Origin: Amphiscolops sp. MND2022
Taxonomy: Eukaryota
Assembly (NCBI GenBank): GCA_964187785.1
Contig: OZ076409.1
Coordinates: 48,052,001 to 48,116,000, forward strand
Direction: 5' to 3'
Length of the DNA: 64,000 nt
Shown: one piece after another, positions 24,266 through 38,147 of the stretch
Position numbering within the stretch: position 1 is the stretch's first letter
How the letters are laid out: every line of letters starts with the position of its first letter
Translations under genes and position numbers: made by a program
The notes under the pieces: model-generated
Databases searched by the model: none
The model's input: only the letters and a program-made list of their open reading frames with translations
Told to the model about the DNA's origin: nothing

Positions 24266-24570
24266 AAACAAGCCGGGAACGGCACAAGTCGGCGCCATAT
24301 CGAAGGCTCAAAAATAGCAAAAGGACTTCCAAGTGTCAAGTATTCTCCTCTACAATACCCACATGAGGACCATTATTTTTGGTTCCCGGTTAGTCGCATA
24401 GTGCCGAAAAATGTAAAAGGGGACCTCAAAAAAGCTGCCAGTAGAAGTAGTGTGGCAGTTAGTGTTAGTTCAGTCAGCTTATAAAGCTTATAAAATCTGT
24501 CACTTCGTTGGTCTTGAAAAAAGTCACTACTATAGTCTGCGTTTTTCTACAAAAAGCGCCGACTAAAAAA
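24266..24570 (-). mobile_element. HINE/DINE-1-like (Helentron-derived) non-autonomous element
   Basis: Element strand reads TTTTTAGTCGGCGC ... GCGCCGACT (subterminal inverted repeats), then a GCCG-TTCC-CGGC hairpin and TTGTTT. Related copies near 19030-19220, 20505-20690, 25890-26245, 29680-30205 and 62490-62840. Confidence 0.65.
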
Positions 24571-25309
24571 TGACCGAACAAAGTTAAAAACGTGTAAAAT
24601 TGAAATTAAATTAGGCATTTTTCGAACTCTAACTTACGAAAGTTTGTTAACGAGAAACTGAAATTTTTTCACGTATTTATAGTTTCCTGATGAAACAATT
24701 AAATATAGTCCTCAATTTTCTCTGCTGATTGAATATCGTTGACGTTGTTGGTATATAAAGTGAAAAAAAAACAGCCATCTACTGTTCAACTTTTTTCGCC
24801 AAAAAGACAGACGTGGAACAGAAACTTTTGTTTTAGTTTTTTCCACCATGCAGAACACCAACAAAAAAGATTGAAACAGCATATACAAAAATTGAGAAGC
24901 AATTACTTCTCAAATTCAAAGTACAAAGATCTCTCAACGGTTTTACATATTTTTGTCATAAAGTTGTCTAATAAAATCCCCGAGCAGAAAGTTGTTGGTG
25001 AACCTGGAGATCAAAATCGGAAATTATCTTTTTCGTTGTGTTTTTCTTGATGACGTGAAGAATTTGTGGAAAGAGTGAAACAACCCAGTGTTGACAGGAC
25101 AACCTGCTTCAAAGATTTGATCATTTTGCATCTCTAAAAGGTCATGATTTGAATGAAGGGAGATTAAATACCATCTCCGTATTGTAGAAAGACTTACCAT
25201 AGATAAAACTGAGAACCAGAAGCAGAGTTGGTATGCAAGTCCCCCTTGCAAAGGTAGTTGCCGCGATTGTGGCAATCAGCGCTTGTGCAATCACGTGACT
25301 ATCAATGAA

Positions 25310-26306
25310 TTGGGATGACCAATTGATATTTGTATTTTTAGTCGGTGTTTTTTGCAAAGACTCTTACAGTGGGTAGTTTTATCCCCCAGGTATTACTGAA
25401 AGGTCCAGTTTTTTATAATATTATAAATTCACTCGAGAATTGATGATGGAAATGTACCGTAAAACAGCAAATCCACAACGAATCCAACGGATTCCCTTTC
25501 ACACTATTTAATACTTTCAAGCCAATTACGAAACCAAAGGGCCCCTTTTTGGTTTTTTGTTCGGCACTGTGCTACACTTCCGATTTTTTCCTGCTCAATA
25601 AAGGGTCCACCTTTGGTATTTTATATTATTTTAGGGGGGTTTTAAAAGGCGTTTTTCAAACCTGGAGGGATATTTATGAGAACTTTCCAAATAACTGTTC
25701 TTGAGTATATTCTTCAGACTTAAGTTAGCTCTAATTAGCTCTTGTAATTTTCATGCGGGCGCCATCTTCAGATCTTCCTGTTTTGTTATACTAAATTGTA
25801 ATTTGTCTTGCAAACAAATCAAAGCGGACCAGATTATATGGTCAAAGAAAAGAATTCACCTGAAAAAATACAAAACCAGCTACTAATGTGAACAAGCCAG
25901 GAAAGTCGGCGCCATATCTAAGGCTCCAGTAGCAAAAGGACTTTAAAGTATCAAAGTATTCTCTTCTACAGCACCCAGAAAAAAATTTGAAAAAGATCTC
26001 ACAATGCCGAAAAAAATGAAAGGGGGACCCTTTGGTCTCGTCCGGTATTGTATGTTACGCGCGAAACCTTTTTGGTTCAGTTCCTTGGGCCAACAGGTAC
26101 AATTTGGCGTCTTCTTAAAATTTTGTAGAACTTTTGGTAGAATTATTTTGGTCACTTCATGCGTATCGAAAAAAACACTGACGAAAAGCCATGACTATAG
26201 TCGAATAGTCGACTCTTTTCTTAAGAAAAGCGCCGAGTAAAAAATAGGAGGTTAAGTTGTTGGAGAAAAGTTTTTTGAAAAATTTGTTATTGCTTGGTCA
26301 TCCCTG
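25310..26306. mobile_element. ~1-kb hAT-like TIR insertion inside a host exon, containing nested HINE-like pieces
   Basis: GGGATGACCAA ... TTGGTCATCCCTG termini with degenerate 8-bp flanks (TCAATGAA/GCAATCAT); removal restores the host reading frame. Confidence 0.6.
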
Positions 26307-26888
26307 GCAATCATGAGTACTCTTGCTGAAATTATCTTTATTGTCAATTCTGTTCCTGCCTCGTCGAAATCTGAACAAAAAATTACTAATGGTAACTGAA
26401 CGATTCTTTCATCAAATTAATGCTCACCTTTTGTCGGTTGACTATTGTAGTCAATAATGCGATTCTTATAAACTCGAGAAAGTCAAAAAATACGAGTAGT
26501 ACGAAAAGTTAAAAAAATAGGAAATTAAAAAAAACTAAATGTGTCTGTATACGACTGAAACCACTTTTTTTGTAATTTCCCAGTTATAAAATTCTCTATA
26601 CAAGCATGTAAAACAAATATAATTTTTGTATGGTTTGATTTCACCTGGATTGCTAAAAAAGAATCAGATAAAAAATTATACCTTTATGAAATATTTCTTG
26701 AAACATGTAGAACTTTTTGATTTCTGGCTCTTTGTTGAAGCGAGCTGCAAATACCATTCTTGTGCTTATGGAGGATGAGCAGAACTGAGACTGCAAAAAA
26801 TTTTGAAAGTGCAGTTTACATTGTAATTTTTGTGTTAATGCGGCTGAATTCATTCATAGTTTGATGTTAATAGTTAAATCATACTCAC

Positions 26889-27054
26889 CGTGTTTTTGGC
26901 ATCCTGTGTCGTTGGAGCACGATTGCCACAAACCTTCATGAAAGTTCTTCATCATCATGCCTTCGTTTCCATGCCCTAGAAGAGCACATAAGAGACTTGT
27001 TTGAGTCGCGAAAAAAGCCACGATGATCAATCCGTGGAAAAGTTTCTTGTTCAT
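26889..27054 (-). CDS. First coding exon of claudin-like gene (TM1 plus GLWxxC loop)
   Basis: Hydrophobic N-terminus, then EGLWQSC...C; GTGAGT donor at 26888-26883. Confidence 0.75.
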
Positions 27055-29060
27055 GTTTCTTGTCTCGTCGTTCGTTACTTGGTCTAATCTACTCGATTGA
27101 TTGAATTGATTCAATCCGACTTGTAATTGATATGAATTTTCTCAAATTAAAATTTAGATGTAATAAAAAGTAATAGCTCGTTAATTACTGGCTTTAGATA
27201 TCGGTTTAAATGAGGACAGGTTTTTTCAAGTGCTCGGCAGTGCTTGAAAATTTGTAAAAACGGTTGGTTTTGGCAATAATTTTCAATTCTTAGTTATTTA
27301 TTTCATGAGAATTTATTTATGCTATTAAGATTTATCTCAGTAGCATAATGTTGAAACTGAATGACACCAATCAAACAAACTAAGGAGTAAATTAACGGAG
27401 TGTGAAAATTTGAGCTCGTTTTCGAGGTACGTCTCAAAGGTACCTATGGGAACCTGGTTCGAACAATATCTTTTTTTTGAAATATCGGTAGCAGCTTCAT
27501 AGTTATGAGTCATAGTTCTTAGCCACCGTAGTTCAGTAACGTCGATCATAAACGTACTGTAGTGAAGAAGTATTTTGGAAAAATCACAGATCGTTAGGAT
27601 TTCTTCGAGCTTAAACTTTTGACAAATTTTGACGAATTCTTTGAGTGCTAGACTGTATTGTGGCGGCTAAATTTCCCCATAAAAGAGAAATAACATTATT
27701 ATTTGCTGCTGACTAATTGTTCATGCGGCTCCAATAATCTATTATTTCGAGCTGAAGTTTCAGATTACTGCTCACACTTGGCATTTTCAAAACCTCAAAT
27801 TGGCATTTTCAAATTTGTTAGTGGATCAAAAACATCAGGTAATTAACATGAAGAAGTAAAAAAGCGAACGAGAAACCTACCAGAAAAGGTTGTTTGAAGT
27901 TTGATCTCAAGACTTTTTTCTCGATGAAGGCTCTGAAAAGTATCAACGCTGAAATTATTTTGTGACATTTAGGCAATTCTGAGTTATTGATACCATTTAT
28001 GGTCAACTGGGGCTCCGAATTCATCAAAAAATCATTTAGTTGAAACACAAAATCACAAAAAAATACCGTGGAACAATCTGCTCTAAATAATCCACCTCCC
28101 AGGGTACCAATTCCTTATCCATCTACTTCAGAAACCTGGGGTTATAATCTGAGTGGAACTTCTCTCGACGCGCCGTCTGCCAGGATTGATCCTTTTGCGT
28201 CCATAGACATGGAAGCTTCCTCTGAGAGTCAGTCGCCAATAGCGTACAATAGTGTATGAAAGAAACTGAACCCTTATTTATAAGAACTGATTTAGACTGC
28301 ATGCAAACAGAGCTAGCATTCTACATGGGGATTTCGTTCATTCTCTATTTTACCCATGAATTTAAGGGACTGGAGGAACAAACCGAATGTCTAAGGTAAT
28401 GGGTATAAACGCCTTAATTAGCTGATTCTCTTGATATTAATTTTACCGCCTAAAAATCTAAAACCGAAAACATAATCCCTAATCTTTACGAAAAATAGCT
28501 GTGTGCCACGTATTAAGATAGTAAATGAAATTAAATATTGTAACACCCCTTATCATAAAATATATAAAACTAATTATTTTGATGTAAATTAGTTGAATGT
28601 CTTCAGGAGATGAAGAAGTAACTGCCAAATAAACAAAAGTTACAAACTAAGTGCCAAATGTTACAAAATCGTCCAAAATGATGTCCCATATACCAATTCA
28701 GTGGTAAATACAATCAATGAAAAATGACATGAGGAAGTTTCTTCATTACTTGCAAACCTGCATTTCAAGTGCCCAACGAAACTTCAGAATGTTAGTTTAA
28801 TTTAGTTTCGAATAAGTTGGATGAAAGCAGAAATCAGAGCTAGTTTTGTTTTGGTCCAATTCTTTTTTTCCAATTAAATGTTCAGTTTATCTCTTACACT
28901 ATTGTACTTATTTTGCGTCACTCGTTCACGTTATTAGCTAAGCTATTAAATACAAGTTTGAACTTTTTGTGTTGTCGTATAACCAACACTTCAAATCATG
29001 ATAATATCACTGGTCGTGAGAACAGCAGCACGCGGATTGTAAACAAAAACAAAAAATCAT

Positions 29061-29651
29061 CAGGGGTGTAAAAAAATAAATATTAATACTATTTTTGCTT
29101 AAATAAAATATATTTATATTGCTCTTACTTGACAATAAATATATTGTACTACGAAAAAAATATATTGGGGAGACAAAAACTGTATTGCCGATAATCGCAT
29201 ATCTAATACATTATACATGTCACCGATAATATATAATCTGATGATCGGAATGAGCATATGGTGTTAAACACTTAATTTGCCTGCCCGTTTTCAATCCCCT
29301 TGCTGGATTGTTTGCTTACTTAGCTTAGTTAGCAGTAAAATGCACGCAGCGCAGCTGATTTGATTTGTTCAGTGTCACTAAGTGGATAGTTCAGCGTCAC
29401 ATCCGCGTGGTCTATGTGCTGCACATAATGTGCACGCTAACTGTACTTTGCCATTTTTTCGTGTGTGTTTCAATTTTATTCCAACCTAATTAGGGCAGCT
29501 GCCGAGCAGGGAAATTGAATTTGTTACAACAATATTGTAAAAAATATTGTTAAAAAAATGAATATATTGTATTGCTAAATCCAAAAAATAAATAATTTAA
29601 ATAGTATTTATTGCAAATTTTTAAAAATATATTATTTATTTTACACCCCTG
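29061..29651. mobile_element. hAT-type MITE (591 bp)
   Basis: TIR CAGGGGTGTAAAA...TTTTACACCCCTG; 8-bp TSD AAAATCAT/AATATCAT (7/8). Confidence 0.85.
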
Positions 29652-31150
29652 AATATCATTGGTAATAATGCTTGTTTTATGCTTGTTTCGGCTTTGTGAG
29701 ATATTATTTCGAAATTATTTAAAAGTCTCTAAAGGGTCCATCTTTCAATTTGTTTGATCTTTTGCTTGAACAAATTGGATTTTCAAAAAGCCGTTAGGGT
29801 CCCCCCCTTACATTTTTGGACAGTGAGATTTTTCAAAATGATTGTTTTTCGTCTTAAAATTAGGTTTTCTCAAAGTCCTAGCACGCTATATCCGAACTTT
29901 TGACGTTACATCTGAAGTAAGTTGCGTTTCAATGAAGGGGTGGTCGAATATCGAAAATATTGCGCTATATTCGAATTTTGGACGGTATATCCGCGGTATA
30001 TTGCGTTTTACTGAGGGGGAGCGCAATGGGTTTTTTGTTTCCAGTGAAAAAAGTAGTTTTCGAGTCTTATGCGTATCCCTTTGGGTAGTTTTTGGCACTT
30101 TAAAAAGGATGAAATTTTAACAAAAGTGACTTTTTACATATTCAAAAAACGTTACTCTTTTTAACCTTGAGCGGGCGTAGACTTGGGTAGTTCCCGGTTT
30201 GTTTAAAATTCACCTAATTTGAAGTTCATTCAATTTGCTGTATCTTGAAATACTTGGTGAGTCAAGAAATGGAGCGTACGAATTTTGCGCCTTCAAAGAT
30301 GGTTCGAAATAGAAGAGACATAGTCGAGAAAAATTCGAAACGTCTTGACCAGTTTGTTCTCACTTTCAATGTGTTGAAGTTCTTCCGATTCTAAGAAAAG
30401 ATGCTAAATCAAATGATTGACAGCAACGTTTAAAGTTTTTCGAAACGTTTGTTGACAAATATTTGAACTTTGAAAACTCGAAAACTTCATATGTTCCGTT
30501 TTTTTTCTAGTTCATCTACAAGTTTTTTCATCGTTACTAATCATGGATGAAAATGAACAATTCTGAATGAACATTTTTAATGAGTCAAATCCAAGGGCGA
30601 ATTTGGGCTGCTTCGATTCAAGACGAAGAGTTGCCCAAATCCCGAGCAGAGATGATCAGGAGGCAGTGTGTCTTCAATCGACGACAGCTGCTCTGCTGCT
30701 TCTTCAATGGGCAACAATGAATCCGCCAACTTCACTTCTCAACGTGCTTGTTCATTATCAAGCAGGTATTACTACACACTTGAAGTATATAAACATACAT
30801 CCCCAACAAGGTGAAATTTTGTGGAAACTTTTTTAATCATTACAAATTAGTAGCTGATTGTAAAAAATTGGAATATTATCTGAATAGAAAGGAAAAAAGC
30901 TTTGGAATTTAGTGGAAACTTTTGAAAGTAATTGACTATGTTGAAGCATATCACAGTGTAACTTGGTTTCACTATTTCCTGGTTCCGTGGGCTACTGCTG
31001 GTGGCGGTTGTGTGTCTTACTGCCAGTAGCAGTGATCTCACATTTTAAAATTTTAGATACTGTTTTGAAACTTGTGTGTGAAAATTTTGAGAAATTTGGT
31101 GAGTTAGAATGGTCAAAAACTATACTCAGCGCTTTTTAAAATTAGCTATC

Positions 31151-32640
31151 TGTAAGGACTACGGTTATCTGTGTATCTCAGATCACATGCAGATTTGGAG
31201 TCCTTTCCTTCTTTGCTATTCTAGTTTTCAACCAAGTTGTCCTTCCTCTCTTCTCCTGACTATTAGGGGACGAGCTAGCCTCAGTGTCCCTATTTCCTGA
31301 TGATGACATTGAACTCAGGATAGTACATATTTCTGGAATGACTCTATCGGATATAGCTGAAATTGTGGCCCTGTTAATCTGAGCATGTACCATAGACATC
31401 ATGAAATCCATTTCTTGAGAAAGTCTCAAGTTGACTTCATTGATGAAAATTTCTCATGATACCAAAATACCCTCATGTCTATGAACATTGTTTTCAAAAT
31501 TTTGGCGCCGGAATTCAATTGTTAGGGGAAAATCTTCCCTTGGAGGTAAAGAAACTCAGTGTCGCTTTGAACAGATGATTCCCCGATTGCACTAGCTAGT
31601 TCTCTCTCAATTGGATTGATGTTGTCACTTCCCACCATTATGTCTAGTTATCAAAGTCAGACATCATGTACATCTCTCTAGATCTCCTAGCTTTTGCTTT
31701 TGTCACCTCGTAGAAGGCAAAAGAAATGGCTACAAGGAAAGAAGCAATTCGAGTCTTTCTTTTATGAAACAAAATTGCTATCGACTGTATAACTGAACAA
31801 TGGATAGATTCAACGAATTGTGTCGGGACTCAAGGTCCCAGGTATTATCATATACATTCTTGCATGACTAGCAACTTTACTGAAGTCCTAATCTTAAAAT
31901 AGCCTGAAGGGCTTTCTGAAAGTAGCAGTGACTATTTTTTAGAATCAATGACGTCATGTTTATAGGTTGACGTCAAAGCAACTGCACGCCGACACAGAAG
32001 ATTAAAGGACTTGGAGGCATACCTAATATACATATATCCCTTAAGGACAAGCAACTATACAAACGAATAACACTTCATAGAATTTTGCATGTAATTATTT
32101 AATACATGAAAAATAGTATGTGACTATCAAGCTTCTGCAGTTTTTAACACAACTCCTGTATTAGCCATGTCATCTGGTATATATAGCCTACGGTTTAACT
32201 ATAGTGTGATATTTAATAAACAGCGCCTTTAATATAAATTGGGACTGGACTTGTCTTGAGTACCACGCTTGCTAAGATGAATGGCCTTACTTGGCCTTTA
32301 ATTCAATAAAGTTCAGCATTAATAAATGAACGCCTCTGATTGGCTAAAACATGAATTAGACGTGTTGTCCGCGGCGACAGGCAAGGAAACATTTGAACAC
32401 GTTTCCTTTGCATGTACGCCTTGGTGTCCAATTATCTTTACATACAACAGTGATAAAATACCACCACATTCAACTTACATGTACTTTCGAAACATTGAAT
32501 TGATATCAATAAAATTTCAGATTCAAAGTTTGCAGTTTGATTTTGGACAGCATGTCCGATTTCCTTAATCTAGCGGAGGGTGGTATAGTGATTGCATGAG
32601 ATGGAAGACCAGTTCTCAACGCTTGCGGCAGCCTGTGACA
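31151..32640 (-). repeat. 3' LTR of copy 2 (1490 bp)
   Basis: TGTAAGG...TGTGACA on the plus strand, matching 45953 onward; PPT-like AGGGGGAG next to it on the element strand (32641-32648). Confidence 0.85.
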
Positions 32641-33515
32641 CTCCCCCTGGCATGAGAAGAAACGTCCCTGCGGACATACCATCCAAGAAGGGTCTTCGTC
32701 TTGCTTCTTTTTCGGCTAAGGTCTCGTTTGGGTTTTTTGTTTTGTTTAGGTAGTCGTTGACTGCCTCTGACTAGATTTGATGGACTGATTTACCGCACAC
32801 CACACAGTCCGAACATTCATCAGAGCCGGAGTATCTGATACAACCATTTCATTAAAATCGTTTGAAATTAACTCTGAGACTGTATGAGTAGAGTAGTAAC
32901 TGCTAGGCGCGTTTGACCGGGTCTTCTATCTTCGATAGGAGGAGACAGCGGGGTATATACTTGAGGTCTTAAATTCCGACAGACATTAATAGGGTGGTTA
33001 TTTCTGACCCTTTCATCGCATGCTATTGCGCCGTTCCCACGACCGAGAATAAAAAACTTTTGATCTGAAGTGGGAAAAGGCTGTTCGTTAGGCCCCGGAG
33101 TACCGTTCCTCTTCTGTGCAGTAGTTGTCCCGATTGTCCATATAGTGACAGGATCAGCCAATTGCCATTGCATACATCTGGACAACACGTAAATGTCCTC
33201 TGATTCTTCATCTGACGAAGAGATCAATTCGTCTACTGAATCCGTACTAGAACAATCCATATGGTCGTCCTCATTGCTCGATAAGTAAAAAATTTTTGGC
33301 TCTGCATCAGATTGTGCGGCACCCACAAATTCCATTTGAAAAGTTTCGGATAAATTAGACATGAACCTCTCTCTTACTATCTTTTTAGCTTTTTTGGAAA
33401 ACGAATTTGTAGAGTAGGTTTTGAATTCCATGTTAAGGGTAGGCAGCCGAACAGTAAGACCAAAAATGAGTGATTGGTAATTTTCCTCGCTCGGATCCGC
33501 GAGAGATTCACCCAA
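32570..33515 (-). pseudogene. Accessory ORF homologue in copy 2
   Basis: IFYLSSNED, TPLSPP, CVVCGKSV and MPGGVSQAAA match VIYISSDEE, SPLSPP, CMVCGKSV and TPAVSQAAA of copy 1. Confidence 0.8.
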
Positions 33516-34559
33516 ATCCGTTTTTTTCCCGGGTTTTTACTTTCCCTTTTCAATCAAATATTCAACATCTTCGGCTTCGCTTTGATGGTAGCCGACCGCC
33601 TCATTAATGACACACATTAGCTTCCTTACTTCGTGAACGATGCAAGTATCCGTCAAGGACTTCACTCAGTGTTTACTTACACTCACTAATAACTTGAGAT
33701 TCTCAAGTAAATGAAGACATGGCTGAAGGCCACGCTGTCTCGCTTCTCTTGAGGCAGCCAGTAGGATCGATGTAAATTTTCTCCCTTTTCAAAATGACCG
33801 TCCAAGGATTAAAATCCATATAAGGAACAAATGAACATGGCCATGAAATGAAATAAAAATAAGCTAATGGTAAAAAAACAAAGCTATCGAAACATTTTAA
33901 TGTAGATATTTCTGGCAGATTCTCTCCACATGTCTCCATTAACATAGCGTAACTGTAACTTTGACATCAAACTGTATAGCCACGAACTCCAATTCTCGCT
34001 TTGACTTCTTGTCACATCATCAATTCAGCATTCCAAATCCTTACACTTTTTTCTTCACTGTATTATTCTTTCTTCTTTTGTATTATCCAGTATTTATTCG
34101 TGAGCAGTATTTATATAGCTTAGTATTCAGTCGACAGTTAGTCTTTATAGTTGTCTTATAGACGTTTTTCTCCATATTTTCCTCTTATATCGTCATATTG
34201 GGACGCTTCGTCCAAATACCCCGACTTCCGTAGATATCCCTGGTTTCCTCCGGATTGTCGACACTTTGGACGTTTGATACAGCTCATCTTCGGAATTTCT
34301 CCAGATCATCTCTCTTCCCGTGTGAACTACTACAGTCAGGCCTGCTTCCCTTTCCCTCACAGACCAGACTCGTCATTTGTTATCCTAAGCAATAGTTTTG
34401 TTCAAGTTAGACGCCCGTTGGGCTTTCTTGTGTTTAACTTTTTAAATTTGAACTAGAATAAGCTTGATCAGGGCTTTTCACTTTGTTCAAGTACTTCCTG
34501 TCCCAAAACACTAGTTTCCACTCGTGTTCAATTTTCTACTTCCGGAAGATTTTCAAACA

Positions 34560-37500
34560 TGGTAATTGGATTCTAATTCATTCTAAATTGGGTTCTAAAT
34601 TTGTCTACGGAGACAGAGCAGGACAGACGGGATGAGACAACTAGCGAAGTCAGGCATTTTCGGGGCAAAGTGGACTATTTCCAGACTGAAACCAGTGAAA
34701 TTGAGGATTTGTGTGATAGTGCCGGAGCTACACCCGCTCATAATAGCCTTACTCTCGTAGCTCCAGTATTAAGTGACATTCCTGATTTCGAGTGCCGATT
34801 CCCCGGGTCCTCTGAGGCCCACGAGTCCACTAATCTCTCTAATAACGCCCGACAGCCAGCAGATAGACAGCAACTCACTGCTTCTGAACGAGTGTTGTTG
34901 AGGAAACATTTCACTGAGAATGAGCCAGTCAAACTACCCATGCGTCATGCTACCCTCGCCTTCAGTGAACGACTGATACGATGAATCCATTTCTGTGAGC
35001 CATTTCCTCAGTGAAGCCATTTCCGTTGAGTCAGTTGCCATGTCCATGCGCACCATGAGGTCGTTGAAAACTGGAGCCATGAAAGCAGGAGCTTCACTAC
35101 ATAGCGAAGCTTCAGGATTTAGTCGAAGCAGGATTGGATATCCTGATAGCAGATAGTTCCACTGACGGAGCCGGACTGAGTAGGAACATCACGCATGGTT
35201 ACACCAGCGGAGCCCTCAGCTCTGATGATGATTTTGTGACGAGACAAACTGCTCAGGGCGCAGTACAGAGTTTGGATACGGCCCCGGTGCATGTCAGTCC
35301 CGCCACAGATACTTCCATGCGAACTGACAGTCCGCTTACTGGCTTGGTCCCTAGTTCGGGTTATTGTGCAGCCGACTATGAGCCTTTATCGCAGTTATGT
35401 CCACCGAGCCCCGAGAGCCCTGGTACACCACGATCAGCACGTAAGAGAAAGCGACTAGCGCTAGGAAGGGGGAAGTTCATGAAGGAAGCCTACTTCAAGG
35501 GCATCAAATGGACCAAAACCTTCGTCACAGGACCACTTGATCCTGGAAATAACAAGCATAAAGTCTACTGCCAGATATGCAAGACCAACGTGTCGAATTA
35601 CTCAAAAGGAGCCCGCAAAACAGTTAGACACTACCAGGCAGAATCACACTTGCGCAAAGATCAAAGATCAGCGCTGGAGAGATGAGCATCTCCGAAACGT
35701 GGACAAATAACTGTGCAGGTCAGACACGAAGTCCGAGGCAAGGATGGACAGGTACTGACACCACTGGAACACAAGACAGAAAAGTATCTTTTCGATCACA
35801 TTCGATTGGCGGAGATTGGAGATAAACATCCGTTTTACGACGACTATGTAGCTGGCCTCAATTCATCCATTGATGCGGAAGAGGTTCGTTCGTTTGCACA
35901 GATTTCCTTAATTGGCCACCTCGTCCCACGATGCGGAGATGTTCTTCTGCTCCAACCACTGTGGAATCAGCCAATCACCAGGGTCTCTTCCTTCCTTTCA
36001 GCTGGGGGGCCCCTACATTAACGGTTAATAATTTTAAATTCCTAGAGTTTTGTAGGCTAAATCCCATAATTTTCCTTTATCTAAGTTGTTTTTAGTTAGA
36101 CCATTTTCCATCTATTTTTCTTTTGTGGTATCAGGGACATCGCTCACCATGTTAACACTACTGGCAAACACTCGTTGGAATTTGAGCCAAAAGGTCTCTG
36201 TTGCATAGTCTCCATTCGTTCCTGGAAGGGAGATAACATTGCCATTGTCCAACTCCTACGCTACCGACTTGCCTGTGAACCTGCTGCTGGCATGCTGGCG
36301 GCCACATCTCGACTCTTGCCTTCTTGTCCACGCAGCCACATTTCGCCAGTGTGTCTCGATGTTCTCCAGACCTGATCCCAGTATTGGAGCGGGTACTTTG
36401 AGAAAAAGATACAATACCCGTTCCGGTTTGACGCTTTCTCCCTTCCCACAATGATGAATCAGCGCGGTGGGGATGCGTCTTTGTCGGGATAAACTTTTTC
36501 TCCCAACATCAATTCCTAATTACCTTCCTTGACGGCTGTCTGGGCCATGTCTGGGCCAATCAAACTCACGAACTGAATAAGGTGGTAAGTGGGGACATCA
36601 TTGAAGTGAGGGGACTAAGTCACCTATCGTTTGGGTCCTAATCAACGCTTTCGTGTAGGCTATCGATGCTGGCAAGATAGAAATCGTGACTATCCCTGAT
36701 AATTGTTCGGAACTTTTGGTCAATTAGCAGCCCATTCATGAGTATCTTACTAAAAATCGCTCCCAGTCAAGAAAATCAAGGGGTGAGGAATAGGCCTGAG
36801 AAACAGGAGTGGGCTATCATCGGAGACGAGTTCTTTCCCGTCAAACTAGTATTGTTTGGACGCATCCACTGTGATTGTTAGTTTTTTAATTTTCTTTTCT
36901 ATGTCTTTGGCAGTCGTTCTGTGATCTTTATTCTGCGTATACTACTATGCCACACTGACATACTTCTTGTCCCAAGACCCATGATGTTTATGTCTTTCTT
37001 TATACAGATACCAAGTGCTTCGAAGGCAGTTTATCAAACCGGAAAGACTCTGGGTTGATCACCTACAGAGAATTACACCAGCTTGTGCGGAGATTGTTTC
37101 ATCGGTCCCTTCTGCCCAAGCCTTGTCCCGAGGATTCAGGTTGTGCCGGTCTATGTGTCTTGCAAGGACAGACCTTAACTCAGCTTTGAACACGGACTTT
37201 TTCAACCAACTTAAGCTGAAGAGTGATTCCGAGAGGGGCCCGTCGCATCAAGAGTTCCAAAAGGGACATCAGTGAACAGCGAAGTAATCACCCTGATCTT
37301 GAATCGAACATGGATGGAGTTTGAGAGGAGTTTGTCGTCAAGGCAAGGAACTTCTTGGTTTTCCTTTTGGAGAGATTCCTTGGGGACATCAGCTTAAATG
37401 CAAATTTAGTCTGGGGTCTGAGTATCTTCGACCTTCTGAGCATCCCAACTGAACAAGCTGCAAAATGCTTCTCAGCTTTATATCATTCCTTTAACTTGCG

Positions 37501-38147
37501 AGGCTGGGTGTCCAATTCTCCAGACGCAGAGTCCGGGGACGAGTATCTAGAATTCTTCGACCAGTTTCGCAAGGCCTACGAGGATCTTCGAGATTCCCCA
37601 GAGGTCTTCACTGATATGATTTCGTTACTCACGCCCATGCCAGAACTGAGGAAGCGCAAGCATTTGTTCCATATCTTCAGTTGAGTTGCTTGTGTCTGAC
37701 GTCCAATGTGCCCAACTTGCCTCCTGTCACATTGCAGGGGTTGATAGGAGCTATCCTCGATGTCGGTTGACTGACGTAATCATACCTGCACAGTCTTACC
37801 TTACCAATGTTGCTGCTACAGTCACCTGTATGCACCGCTGAGGCCTGTTTAGACCAGTCCCGAGAACTCGAGTCTAGCTTCAGTAGCGGCAATGTCGCAG
37901 GCAATCCTTGGTCCGATGTGGACAGTTTCGGTAAAGCTAGCTTCGGGAAGGCACTGGATTGTCCGTCCACGAAACATTGAAGGCTAAACCTCCTCGAGTT
38001 GTCCGTTCTGTGACCTCCTCTGTTTCGAGTACCGAAGGGCGGCAGAGTAAACGATTGCCTGGGAAGAGTAAGAAAGGGGAAGTTTGGAGCCACTGCTTCC
38101 TCCGATATAACTGGAACTGTCGAGGATCCGCTCCAATGCTCGTCTAA
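34560..38147 (+). pseudogene. Antisense BED-finger/hAT-like gene homologue in copy 2 (frameshifted)
   Basis: MKEAYFKGIKWTKTFVTGPLDP...VYCQICKTN...RHYQAESHLRKDQR aligns with copy 1; introns at about 36024-36099, 36585-36658 and 36877-37008 are in equivalent positions. Confidence 0.85.

Larger units (their letters stand above)
817..27054 (-). pseudogene. Host claudin/PMP22/EMP-superfamily tetraspan membrane protein gene (~173 aa reconstructed), middle exon interrupted by an insertion
   Basis: Exon 27054-26889 encodes MNKKLFHGLIIVAFF...EGLWQSCSNDTGCQKH (GLWxxC motif; GTGAGT donor). Exon 26370-26307 plus 25301-25198 encodes ...ISARVLMIASHVIAQALIA...LLLVLSFIY (CAG acceptor, GTAAGT donor). Exon 1004-817 encodes AFLGGACAVATVAYKHDGNCNGCEWGWSLILPFIGCGISIAVIGLAIAIRIGYSKKYELSE* (TTTTTTAG acceptor). 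All junctions are phase 1 and total 522 nt. Confidence 0.75.

Noticed and set aside
28068..28259. Pro/Ser-rich 63-aa ORF
   Set aside because: No start codon context, splice support or recognisable motif
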